Source: an uncultured Desulfurococcales archaeon
Lineage (GTDB): Archaea > Thermoproteota > Thermoprotei_A > CAZTBM01 > SZUA-1508
Assembly: GCA_964611985.1 (NCBI GenBank)
Contig: CAZTBM010000002.1
Location: 12,802-76,801, forward strand
DNA: 64,000 bases
Direction: 5' to 3'
Shown here piece by piece: positions 30,253-39,458 of this stretch (position 1 is its first letter; every line of letters starts with the position of its first letter). A program made the translations under genes and the position numbers. Below the pieces are notes generated by a model, which made no database searches, had not been told where the DNA came from, and saw nothing but the letters and a program-made list of their open reading frames with translations.

Positions 30253-31437
30253 TTACTTCTTCCTAACCTTCTTTGCTAGAAGGGATTGCATCCCTAAGGC
30301 GTCTATGAATCCTCTTGCTTCTGCATCTGAGGGAAACCATTGTTTCTCATAGCTTATCATTTCCTCACTGTATATTGCATTGGGACTATATCTACCGACG
30401 ATCTGTACGTTACCCTTGTATAGTTTTACTAAGACCTTCCCATTAACCCATTGTGACATATGATCTATTATTAGATCTAGCTCTTCTCTTATAGGATCAA
30501 ACCATAATCCTTCATAAACTATTTTGCTCCAATACATATCTATGATACCTTTCAAGAAGAGTTCACTTCTAGTTAACACTAGTTTCTCGAGATCTTCATG
30601 GGCTTTAATGAAAACTATAGCAGCTGGGGCTTCATAGACCTCTCTTGACTTTAAGCCTATAACTCTATCCTCCATATGGTCTATTCTGCCAACGCCATGA
30701 GAGCCGGCGATAGCATTCATTTTCTCAACAATCTCTTTAGGAGAATACTCTTCTCCATTAATTTTTACTGGAACTCCCTTCTTGAATTCTATTTCAACAT
30801 ATTGTGGTCTATCTGGTGCTTTCAATGGATTAACTGTCCACAAGAATCCATCCTCAGGTGGCTCCTGGAATGGATCATCTAACTCTGGTCCTTCAATACT
30901 CCTGCCCCAAAGGTTATCGTCAATACTGAACCTCTTATGAACATTGGATATGGGTATACCATGCTCCATAGCATATTTCAATTCTTGACTTCTAGTCCAT
31001 CCTAGTTCTCTTATTGGTGCCAGGATTTTAAGATTAGGATTTAAAGCCTTGATGGATATTTCTATTCTTAACTGATCATTACCTTTAGCTGTACAGCCAT
31101 GAGCAATATACTCTGCTCCAACCTTTTCAGCTATTTCTACAACCTTTTTTGCAATTAATGGTCTAGCAAGAGCTGTGCTTAGAGGGTAAGCTTTCTCATA
31201 TAGGGCATTAGCCTTGATAGCCTTAAACACGTAATCTTTAATGAATTCTTCTTTAGCATCAATAGTGTAATGTTCTATTGCTCCAATTTTGTATGCTTTT
31301 TCCTCTACTTCTCTAAGATCTTCTGCTTGACCTACATCAACAGTAACGGTGATCACTTGAAAACCCTTATCCTTAAGTAATTTTATAGCAATTGATGTAT
31401 CTAATCCTCCTGAGTAAGCCAATACAGCCCTTTTCAT
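30253..31437 (-). CDS. argG: Argininosuccinate synthase
   Basis: 394 aa. [11 protein letters not shown]-loop, …[11 protein letters not shown]…, …SIDDNLWG… typical ArgG motifs. Confidence 0.9.
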   Translation of the reverse strand: MKRAVLAYSGGLDTSIAIKLLKDKGFQVITVTVDVGQAEDLREVEEKAYKIGAIEHYTIDAKEEFIKDYVFKAIKANALYEKAYPLSTALARPLIAKKVVEIAEKVGAEYIAHGCTAKGNDQLRIEISIKALNPNLKILAPIRELGWTRSQELKYAMEHGIPISNVHKRFSIDDNLWGRSIEGPELDDPFQEPPEDGFLWTVNPLKAPDRPQYVEIEFKKGVPVKINGEEYSPKEIVEKMNAIAGSHGVGRIDHMEDRVIGLKSREVYEAPAAIVFIKAHEDLEKLVLTRSELFLKGIIDMYWSKIVYEGLWFDPIREELDLIIDHMSQWVNGKVLVKLYKGNVQIVGRYSPNAIYSEEMISYEKQWFPSDAEARGFIDALGMQSLLAKKVRKK

Positions 31438-31707
31438 AAACCCTTAACCACCCTCAAACGCTAGCTAAAGAATCTACAGATATATAAAGGTTATCATTAA
31501 GGATTCCTTAATTAGAATAATTATAACATTTGAGGAAACCTTAACGTAACATTTATATTCCTTAGAGATATAGGTTATTCTACGAATAGAACATGATACT
31601 TAGTTTAAAATGACTCCCTTGATACGGTCAAGTTACCCTTTAATGCGGGTAAGAGGGTAAGAAGAAGATTAAATTTATCTTTAGTAGAAATACTATAATC
31701 GTGGGGA

Positions 31708-32271
31708 TTGTACTTGAAGCCTGCATTGATAATAGTAGATATGCTAGAGGAGTTCGTTCATGGAAGACTAAAGAGTCCACAAGCAGAGGCAATTATACCA
31801 ACAATCCAAAATCTTATCAAAGCATTCAAAAGCAAGAACCTGCCAGTAATATATGTTGTTGACTCACATCTACTAAGTGACATAGAATTTAAGATTTGGG
31901 GGCCTCACGCACTTAAAGGAACTAGTGAGGCGAAAATTATAGAGGAGCTTAAGCCTGCCTCAGAGGATTTGGTATTTGAGAAAAGATACTATAGTGGCTT
32001 TAGGGATACAGGCCTTGATGTAACATTAAGAGATTTAGGCGTTGATACCGTTGTTCTAACAGGCATACATACCCATATCTGTGTTCTGCACACAGCTGCC
32101 GACGCATTCTACTTAAGATACAATATTATTGTTGTCAAGGACGCTGTTGCCGCATTCAGTCTCAGTGATCACGAATATGCCCTTAAGTATATGGGGCAAG
32201 TTTATGGAGCTAAACTTTTAACTTCAGAGGAAGTCATAAATCTACTTAAGGAATTGAAGGTGAAAAAGTAA
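31708..32271 (+). CDS. Isochorismatase-family cysteine hydrolase
   Basis: 187 aa. ALIIVDM…; D…K…C triad pattern (…VLTGIHTHICV…). Stop overlaps the start of the downstream AOR gene. Confidence 0.65.
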   Translation: MYLKPALIIVDMLEEFVHGRLKSPQAEAIIPTIQNLIKAFKSKNLPVIYVVDSHLLSDIEFKIWGPHALKGTSEAKIIEELKPASEDLVFEKRYYSGFRDTGLDVTLRDLGVDTVVLTGIHTHICVLHTAADAFYLRYNIIVVKDAVAAFSLSDHEYALKYMGQVYGAKLLTSEEVINLLKELKVKK

Positions 32272-34109
32272 TGTCAAAAGGGTGGACTGGTAAAATTCTA
32301 AGAATCGACCTCACACGAAGAGAGTATAAAATATGGGAATATCCTGCTGACTTAGCGTTAAATTATATTGGTGGTCGAGGCTTTGCAATAAAGATACTCT
32401 GGGATGAGTTGAAAGCAGAAACAAACGCTCTATCACCGGATAACATACTGGTATTTGCGGCTGGACCGTTAACGGGGCTTATGCTACCATGTAGTGGTAA
32501 ACTTGTAGTAGCATCTAAGAGTCCATTAACAGGCGGATACGGCGATGGCAACGTTGGCACATGGGCATCAGTACAGATGCGTAAGGCCGGATATGATGCA
32601 GTAATTATTAGAGGCGCCTCCGAGAAGCCCATATACCTCTACATAGAGGATGATAAAGTAGAGTTTAATGATGCAGATAATCTATGGGGTAAAGACACTT
32701 TCACGGCAGAAAGAAAGCTAAGGGAAACCCACGGTAAAGATGTAGGAGTTCTCGTTATAGGACCTGCTGGTGAGAACCTCGTTAAGTACGCTACTATCAT
32801 CTCGCAGGAAGGTAGAAGTGGAGGTAGACCAGGTTTAGGAGCTGTTATGGGTTCTAAGAAGCTTAAGGCAGTAGTATTCAAGGGTACAAAGGAAATACCC
32901 GTAGATAACCCTGAGGAACTTAAAAAACTTGGAACCGAGGGATACTCCTCGCTAAAATCTAGGAAAGGCTATGACTTCTGGGTTAGACAAGGAACAATGA
33001 TGACTGTTGAATGGGCTCAGGGAGCAAGTGTTCTACCCACTTATAACTTTAGGGAAGGAGTTTTCGACTATGCCGAGAATATTGGCGGCTTCGCTATGGA
33101 GAGGATTAAGGTTGCCCAGAGAAGCTGTCCGTATTGTGGTATGCCTTGTGGTAATGTAGTTAAAGATGCTGAAGAAGAGCTGTCAGAGTTAGACTATGAA
33201 AATGTAGCAATGTTAGGTTCGAACATAGGGTTAGGGGATTTAAGGAAAGTTGCCGTACTTAACAGGTTAGCCGATACGTATGGTGTTGACACAATATCCC
33301 TTGGCAACACAATAGCGTTCACAATGGAGGCTTGTGAGAAGAAGCTAATCAAAGATTATACTATAGAGTGGGGTGACTACAAGAAGGCGATAGAGTTAAT
33401 ACATGACATTGTTTATCGTAGAGGAATAGGTGATATGCTTGCCGAAGGTGTTAGAGAGGTTTCAAGAAGACTGGGTGGTGATAGCTGGAAGTGGGCAATG
33501 CACATTAAGGGTTTAGAGATATCAGCATATGATTGTCATGCGGCACCAGGTATGGCATTGGCGTTCTCAACTTCACCTATAGGTGCGCATCACAAGGACG
33601 CATGGGTTATATCATGGGAAGTAAGTTACGGTAGAGACAAAATAACCAAAGATAAAGTAATGAAGGTAATTGAATTCCAGAGGATTAGAGGAGGCATGTT
33701 TGAAACTCTAGTAGCCTGCAGACTCCCATGGATAGAGCTCGGATTCGAGCTAGACTGGTACCTAAAATACTTTAAGCTAGCAACAGGCCACACAATAACA
33801 CTTGACGAGTACTTCACAATAAGTGATCGAATATACGCTCTCATTAGGGCATTCTGGATCAGAGAATATGAAGGCAAATGGAGTAGACTTATGGACATGC
33901 CACCAGCAAGATGGTTCGAAGAGCCTCTGACTAAAGGTCCACTAAAAGGTTCCAAACTGAGCAAAGACAGTTATGAACAGCTACTATCGTGGTATTATGA
34001 AGCTAGAGGATGGGATGATAGAGGCATTCCACGAAAGTCAACACTAATAAAGCTAGGCTTAAGTTTCGCCATAGACGATTTAGAAAGATACATCAATCTA
34101 AGTGAGTGA
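32271..34109 (+). CDS. Aldehyde:ferredoxin oxidoreductase family (tungsto/molybdopterin) enzyme
   Basis: 612 aa. N-terminal GWTGKILRIDLT…GGRG…, …KGLEISAYD… and C-terminal domain typical of the AOR family. Confidence 0.8.
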   Translation: MSKGWTGKILRIDLTRREYKIWEYPADLALNYIGGRGFAIKILWDELKAETNALSPDNILVFAAGPLTGLMLPCSGKLVVASKSPLTGGYGDGNVGTWASVQMRKAGYDAVIIRGASEKPIYLYIEDDKVEFNDADNLWGKDTFTAERKLRETHGKDVGVLVIGPAGENLVKYATIISQEGRSGGRPGLGAVMGSKKLKAVVFKGTKEIPVDNPEELKKLGTEGYSSLKSRKGYDFWVRQGTMMTVEWAQGASVLPTYNFREGVFDYAENIGGFAMERIKVAQRSCPYCGMPCGNVVKDAEEELSELDYENVAMLGSNIGLGDLRKVAVLNRLADTYGVDTISLGNTIAFTMEACEKKLIKDYTIEWGDYKKAIELIHDIVYRRGIGDMLAEGVREVSRRLGGDSWKWAMHIKGLEISAYDCHAAPGMALAFSTSPIGAHHKDAWVISWEVSYGRDKITKDKVMKVIEFQRIRGGMFETLVACRLPWIELGFELDWYLKYFKLATGHTITLDEYFTISDRIYALIRAFWIREYEGKWSRLMDMPPARWFEEPLTKGPLKGSKLSKDSYEQLLSWYYEARGWDDRGIPRKSTLIKLGLSFAIDDLERYINLSE

Positions 34110-34156
34110 TTTTTCTCTTACATTATCCTCTTTTATATCATACTCACATTATAGAG

Positions 34157-35329
34157 CTAAACTGTAAACTTCTTATTAACGTAACGAAATAGAATCGGTG
34201 TTATAATAGATGTTGTGAGTAATACTACTATTATTGTTGCATAAATCTCTGTTGATATCATTTTATTTTCCAGTGCAAAACGTAAAATCGCTGTCTCTAA
34301 AGCCCCTCTACTCTCCATACCTATACCAACTATTAATGCTAGTCTCCTCCCATAACCCATGAGAATCAGGGGTACAAAACATCCTATAAACTTCCCTAAA
34401 AACGCCACAATTACCAATACTATCGTTAATGTCACACTTATTTCTTTAATATCTGGGTTGAAGAGGAGCCCTACGTAAATAAAGAATAATGTGGTAAAAA
34501 CTGTTTCAAGCATGAATCTTACTTCACTAACCAAACTTGAAAGCCTAATGACGTTAATCAAAAGGGGATCGTGAACTTCCCTTATTCTACTAACCATTAA
34601 TCCTCCAAGATATGCTCCAACAACTTCACTTAGTCCTATCTCTCTAGAGATAAAGGCTAATGTGAAGGCTATTATTAACGAGAATATTAATGTTCTGGGC
34701 GTATCAGAAAATAAAGCATAGAGGTACTTCCAGTATTTCCTTACTATGAAACCCGACATCTTAATAACAATGAATATGAATAGTAACATCTTAATAGTCA
34801 AATAGAGGATGTCTTCAAATTTAAATTCGATACCACAAGCAATTAAGTTTATCAAGTATACTGCAAGAATATCATCAACGAATGATGCACCTATAAGTAT
34901 GGTGTTAGCCTCCTTATCGACTTTTTCCTTACTTAAGATCGCTGCTAAGGTCTCTGTAGCTGTATTAGATAGTGCTATTGATACTATGAATGCTATTATT
35001 AAAGGTAAACCTAAAATTAAACATGCAGTAAAGGTTAATGCTATTGTTGTAAATGCACCTGACATACCAATTAGAATAGCAACTTTGCTTTTACCAGAAA
35101 TAGCTTTAAAATCGCTTGTTAACCCAGTATACAACATTAACAATATTAGGCCGAAATCAGCTAGTGCTTTTAACTCTATTGAAGGCTTTACAATACCTAG
35201 AAGGAAGGGTCCAAGTACTATTCCTGTTAAAATATCTGTAACTATTGGATGTAATCCGGCTCGTTTTACTACTTCGCCTAAAAGTTTCGCTATGAGTATA
35301 AGTAGAATTAATTGGAGTATATATTCCAA
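34157..35329 (-). CDS. Monovalent cation:proton antiporter (CPA/Kef-type Na+/H+ exchanger) membrane protein
   Basis: 390 aa with about 11 predicted TM helices. Na_H_exchanger-like pattern. Confidence 0.6.
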   Translation of the reverse strand: MEYILQLILLILIAKLLGEVVKRAGLHPIVTDILTGIVLGPFLLGIVKPSIELKALADFGLILLMLYTGLTSDFKAISGKSKVAILIGMSGAFTTIALTFTACLILGLPLIIAFIVSIALSNTATETLAAILSKEKVDKEANTILIGASFVDDILAVYLINLIACGIEFKFEDILYLTIKMLLFIFIVIKMSGFIVRKYWKYLYALFSDTPRTLIFSLIIAFTLAFISREIGLSEVVGAYLGGLMVSRIREVHDPLLINVIRLSSLVSEVRFMLETVFTTLFFIYVGLLFNPDIKEISVTLTIVLVIVAFLGKFIGCFVPLILMGYGRRLALIVGIGMESRGALETAILRFALENKMISTEIYATIIVVLLTTSIITPILFRYVNKKFTV

Positions 35330-35430
35330 TTCTCTCTTTCACCATTACCTCAAGTCTACACTACTTTCTACTTTAAATATCTTAGTATCTATTCTAAGCT
35401 AAAAAGCTAATGGGTATTAAGTTCCTTTAG

Positions 35431-35480
35431 AGATAAATTTATAAAAGATTCTAGTCATGTTACCACTATAGTGTATATAC
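35431..35480 (+). promoter_or_regulatory. Candidate PiT-1 promoter: AGATAAATTTATAA box + TAGTCATGT(T)ACCAC(T)ATAGT(G)TATATAC element, also present upstream of PiT-2 (36905-36954)
   Basis: Near-identical 29-nt element ending in a TATA-like TATATAC, 45-50 nt upstream of both PiT ATGs, plus a shared upstream AT box. Confidence 0.4.
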
Positions 35481-35528
35481 TTGAATATAGATTATATAGA
35501 GAAATAGACCAAATATTGGATGAGATAA

Positions 35529-36737
35529 ATGGTTATAGTATTATTGTGGATAGTTTTAGCCTCTATTGTGGCGTTCCTTGTGGCTTGGGTTAATGGCGCG
35601 AATAATGCAGCAAACGCCATAGGCACAGCAGTAGGATCCAAAGCACTTACATTAAAGAAGGCATTAATATTAACAGCTACCTTTGACTTTGTAGGAGCCA
35701 TACTATTTGGTCGTTTTGTATCTAAAACCTTACTTAAAGGCATCGTTGATATTCACGCTTACACAAACCCTTATATCGTAATGTATGGCATGTTTTGTGC
35801 CCTTTTAGCTACAGGACTATGGGTTATTGCGGCAACATGGTTTAAAATACCAATGTCAATATCACAAGCCATAGTAGGTGGCGTACTTGGATTTGGACTG
35901 GCCACTCAAGGTATTAATGTTATTAATTGGGAAAGAATCATTATAATTGTCTCCTCATGGTTTGTTGTACCACTCATTAGTATTATAGTGACTATACTAC
36001 TCTATTATGCTATATCATTTTTCTTGAATCGAGCTTCAGTAAATTCTTTACCTCTAATAGCTACATCCCTTTATACAGCATTCTTGTTTATTGTACTATT
36101 CCTTTTAATATTAAAGAATGGAGGATTAAATGAAGTAGTATATGCTTTAGGCTATTCATTATCCTTTGCATGTGCCACAGGAGTACTCTTTTATCTACTA
36201 TTCAAAATAAAAATACCCAAAGCTTCAGAAGAAGCCCGTAACTTTACATATAAGGTATTATTGATTATGGCTGTTGCAACCATGGCTTTCAGTCATGGCG
36301 CTCATGATGTCGCTAACTCCGCAGGGCCCTTAACCGGAATAATGGTCATAGCATTTAAACATACAATTCCTTATAGGATAGGTATTCCATATAGTATTCT
36401 TGCTTTATGTGCTGCAGGCATATCAATTGGTATTCTTATGTGGGGTTATAGCGTTGTAGAAACAATTGGAGAAAAGATAACAACTTTAACTACTCAATCA
36501 GCGTTCATAGCCCAGTTTTCCGCTTCGTTAATAGTATTGGTTATAACTAGACTTGGTATACCAACATCTACTACAGGAGCAATTATCGGAGCCGTAGCAG
36601 GAGTGGGTTTTGCTAGAGGGATAAGAAATGTTAACATAAAGTTACTTATTAAAATACTCATAATATGGGCTATAGCTGCACCTATAGTTGCTTTATTAGC
36701 AGCATTATTCCTGAGAATATTACTCATAATACTCTAG
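35529..36737 (+). CDS. Inorganic phosphate transporter, PiT family (copy 1)
   Basis: 402 aa. Duplicated GANDVAN(A/S) PiT signatures (VNGANNAANAIGTAVGS and HGAHDVANSAGP). Confidence 0.85.
   Translation: MVIVLLWIVLASIVAFLVAWVNGANNAANAIGTAVGSKALTLKKALILTATFDFVGAILFGRFVSKTLLKGIVDIHAYTNPYIVMYGMFCALLATGLWVIAATWFKIPMSISQAIVGGVLGFGLATQGINVINWERIIIIVSSWFVVPLISIIVTILLYYAISFFLNRASVNSLPLIATSLYTAFLFIVLFLLILKNGGLNEVVYALGYSLSFACATGVLFYLLFKIKIPKASEEARNFTYKVLLIMAVATMAFSHGAHDVANSAGPLTGIMVIAFKHTIPYRIGIPYSILALCAAGISIGILMWGYSVVETIGEKITTLTTQSAFIAQFSASLIVLVITRLGIPTSTTGAIIGAVAGVGFARGIRNVNIKLLIKILIIWAIAAPIVALLAALFLRILLIIL
35577..35881 (+). repeat. 305-bp segment 100% identical to 37043-37348 (gene-conversion tract between PiT paralogues)
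   Basis: Direct comparison of both gene 5' regions. Identity starts at CTTGTGGCTTGGGTT and ends at ATAGTAGGTGG. Flanking sequence is only about 75-80% identical. Confidence 0.85.
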
Positions 36738-36998
36738 GTTCATCCAAGCTAATTTCTGGTTATACTGATTTGTTACTATAAGGGAACTCATTAATCCCTA
36801 ATTTCTTTTTAAATAACACGGTCATACATTTTTCTAGGACGTTAAGGCAATGTTTATTATTCTCATAATTTAATCCCTTAATTCCTTAGTACAATTTTTC
36901 TAAAAGATAAATTTATAAGAGTCCTTAGTCATGTAACCACAATAGTATATATACTCTCCTGTAGACTACAAAGAAGTATATAGGGTGAAAAATACTTT

Positions 36999-38216
36999 AT
37001 GTTCATGCTAATGTGGATTATCTTGGCCACTATCGCAGCATTTCTTGTGGCTTGGGTTAATGGCGCGAATAATGCAGCAAACGCCATAGGCACAGCAGTA
37101 GGATCCAAAGCACTTACATTAAAGAAGGCATTAATATTAACAGCTACCTTTGACTTTGTAGGAGCCATACTATTTGGTCGTTTTGTATCTAAAACCTTAC
37201 TTAAAGGCATCGTTGATATTCACGCTTACACAAACCCTTATATCGTAATGTATGGCATGTTTTGTGCCCTTTTAGCTACAGGACTATGGGTTATTGCGGC
37301 AACATGGTTTAAAATACCAATGTCAATATCACAAGCCATAGTAGGTGGAGTCATGGGTTTAGGTTTAGGTACACTTGGTCCAGGAGTTATCGATTGGGGT
37401 AAAATATCCATCATCTTATTTTCTTGGTATACGCTTCCCTTCTTTAGCGGACTAGTTGCTATAGGAATATACTATTTCATGAGCAAGTATCTGGCTAAAA
37501 TCTCTATTAATAAGCTTCCCATTATGTCAGTTATCCTATTCGCTATATTCGTATTCACTACAGTATTTCTTCTCTCAGTAAAAACCATGAAGATGAGTGA
37601 TTTAGTATTTGCCTTAAAATACTCAATAGGATTAGCACTGGCATTATCAGTACCATTCTATATTATATTTAAACATAAAATGCCGAAAACTCTTGAAGGA
37701 GCCAACCGTTATACTTACAGAGCATTACTTATAATGGCAGCCGCCACTATGGCTTTTAGCCATGGGGCTAATGATGTAGCTAATTCCGCAGGGCCATTAA
37801 CTGGTGTACTTATCATAGCGTTTGAACATAGAGTGCCTGCAGTTGTAAGTATACCCATGGAGGTTCTCGCTCTATGTGCTGCGGGTATAGCCATAGGTAT
37901 TCTTATGTGGGGTTATAAAGTTGTAGAGACTATAGGTGAAAAAATAACGACATTAACAGTTCAAACAGCATTTATTGCACAGTTCTCTGCATCAATAGCT
38001 GTACTCATAGTGACGAGGCTAGGTCTGCCTGTCTCAACAACTGTCGCTATAGTTGGCGCAGTAGCTGGTATAGGATTCGCTAAAGGTGTAAAAAATGTTA
38101 ACATAAAACTATTAATGAAAATAATTACTGTATGGACTGCAGCAGTACCTGTTGTTGCATTAATGTCAGCAATTTTCTTAAGGATTATATTATACTTTAT
38201 GCCACCAATATTCTAA
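36999..38216 (+). CDS. Inorganic phosphate transporter, PiT family (copy 2, tandem paralogue)
   Basis: 405 aa. Same PiT signatures. Residues about 15-117 are identical to copy 1 at the nucleotide level. Confidence 0.85.
   Translation: MFMLMWIILATIAAFLVAWVNGANNAANAIGTAVGSKALTLKKALILTATFDFVGAILFGRFVSKTLLKGIVDIHAYTNPYIVMYGMFCALLATGLWVIAATWFKIPMSISQAIVGGVMGLGLGTLGPGVIDWGKISIILFSWYTLPFFSGLVAIGIYYFMSKYLAKISINKLPIMSVILFAIFVFTTVFLLSVKTMKMSDLVFALKYSIGLALALSVPFYIIFKHKMPKTLEGANRYTYRALLIMAAATMAFSHGANDVANSAGPLTGVLIIAFEHRVPAVVSIPMEVLALCAAGIAIGILMWGYKVVETIGEKITTLTVQTAFIAQFSASIAVLIVTRLGLPVSTTVAIVGAVAGIGFAKGVKNVNIKLLMKIITVWTAAVPVVALMSAIFLRIILYFMPPIF
37043..37348 (+). repeat. Second copy of the identical PiT 5' segment
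   Basis: See 35577-35881. Confidence 0.85.
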
Positions 38217-38254
38217 TTAAAGCTAGTTAATGTAAATAGTATTTTAATGATAAA

Positions 38255-38920
38255 TTACATTTTCCTTATTGCTATAGCTCTTATATAGTCAGCTGCATCT
38301 TCACAAGCATCAGCAACCTCTTCTAGAGCATGATTAAAGTCGTCAAGTAGTACTACTAAGCCTATTGGAGTTATCTTGTTAGAGTACTTCATTAACATTC
38401 TTCTATTATTTATATCCGCTTCATCTGCCTTTTCCTCCAATTCCTCTACCTTCTCTGCTAAGTCACTTGCTCTTTTATAGTCCTCTTCAAAGAGTGCCCT
38501 TGCCGCTAGACATAGCATATCTGCTGTCTCAATATCAAGTCTTATTAATGTTTCAAATCCTTCTCTGAGCTCTGCAGGTACCTCAAGGTAAGGTATTATT
38601 GTGAGTATTCTTACGGCTTCCTTTATCCAGTCTGGTATTGCATCAAGTCTCTTTATGAGGTGGAATAAGTCCTCTCTTTCCTCAGGAGGTATTGTTGTTG
38701 ATGCTGATTCTAGTAAGTCTATTATTTCTCTTCTTATTATATCAGCATCCTTCTCCTTCTTCATACACTCTGTGAAAATGGTCATTGCCTCTCCGGTTCT
38801 CATAGTACTTAGTAAATTAACCCCACGTCCAAAGTTTTCTATAGTTTCATGTAGCTTCTCCAAATATTCGTAAATAAGATTTCTTATTTTCTCATATACT
38901 TCATTACTCTTTGATGGCAT
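38255..38920 (-). CDS. DUF47-family putative phosphate-transport regulator (distant PhoU-like), commonly paired with PiT
   Basis: 221 aa all-helical acidic protein, convergent to the PiT genes. Family assignment from memory of the PiT-DUF47 association; not motif-proven. Confidence 0.45.
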   Translation of the reverse strand: MPSKSNEVYEKIRNLIYEYLEKLHETIENFGRGVNLLSTMRTGEAMTIFTECMKKEKDADIIRREIIDLLESASTTIPPEEREDLFHLIKRLDAIPDWIKEAVRILTIIPYLEVPAELREGFETLIRLDIETADMLCLAARALFEEDYKRASDLAEKVEELEEKADEADINNRRMLMKYSNKITPIGLVVLLDDFNHALEEVADACEDAADYIRAIAIRKM

Positions 38921-38930
38921 GATTTCACCC

Positions 38931-39182
38931 TTAAACTTGGTTATCTGATGAGACTAAGGTTATTGACCTTATTACATGGGGTATGCTTCTAATTGAGGTT
39001 ACTACTTTATCTAATTCTCTTAGCGAGGATACTTCAACTCTTACAACGATATCATACTCTCCATAGACTACCTTTACTTCACTTACGCCATTTAATTGTT
39101 TTATTCTCTTAGCTACTTCGTGCTCTTTTCCTATATCAGCTAATAGTAGTATGTATGCAACGATTTTCTCCACGAAAAACAC
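38931..39182 (-). CDS. Stand-alone Lrp/AsnC-type RAM (ligand-binding) domain protein
   Basis: 83 aa. …YILLLADIGKEHEV…VSEVKVVYGEYDIVVRVEV… resembles the C-terminal effector domain of Lrp regulators, with no HTH. Confidence 0.5.
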   Translation of the reverse strand: MFFVEKIVAYILLLADIGKEHEVAKRIKQLNGVSEVKVVYGEYDIVVRVEVSSLRELDKVVTSIRSIPHVIRSITLVSSDNQV

Positions 39183-39458
39183 CTACCCTTAGTAAAGTAA
39201 GCTTATATCTACTTAAACTATACTATTCATCAAACCATTCTTTTACTAAACTATATCTTCATTTTACTAATAGAGAATTAACTTTTGCTCTTTATGGAGA
39301 CTTTAAAGCTGGTATTGTCATGAGCATTACTTGAGAGGCAAAATTCAGATACCAATTTACCACAACTTAGATAACTAGTAGTACATTTAACAGTGAGATA
39401 GGTAGAGTAACTTAACAGCTAAATTAAAGATGTCTATGTAGCCCTCAGGGTAACTAGT

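Noticed and set aside
35492-35743. Identical 83/93-aa minus-strand ORFs at 35492-35743 and 36929-37210
   Set aside because: Their identity simply reflects the 305-bp identical PiT tract on the opposite strand. They are antisense to PiT signature motifs.
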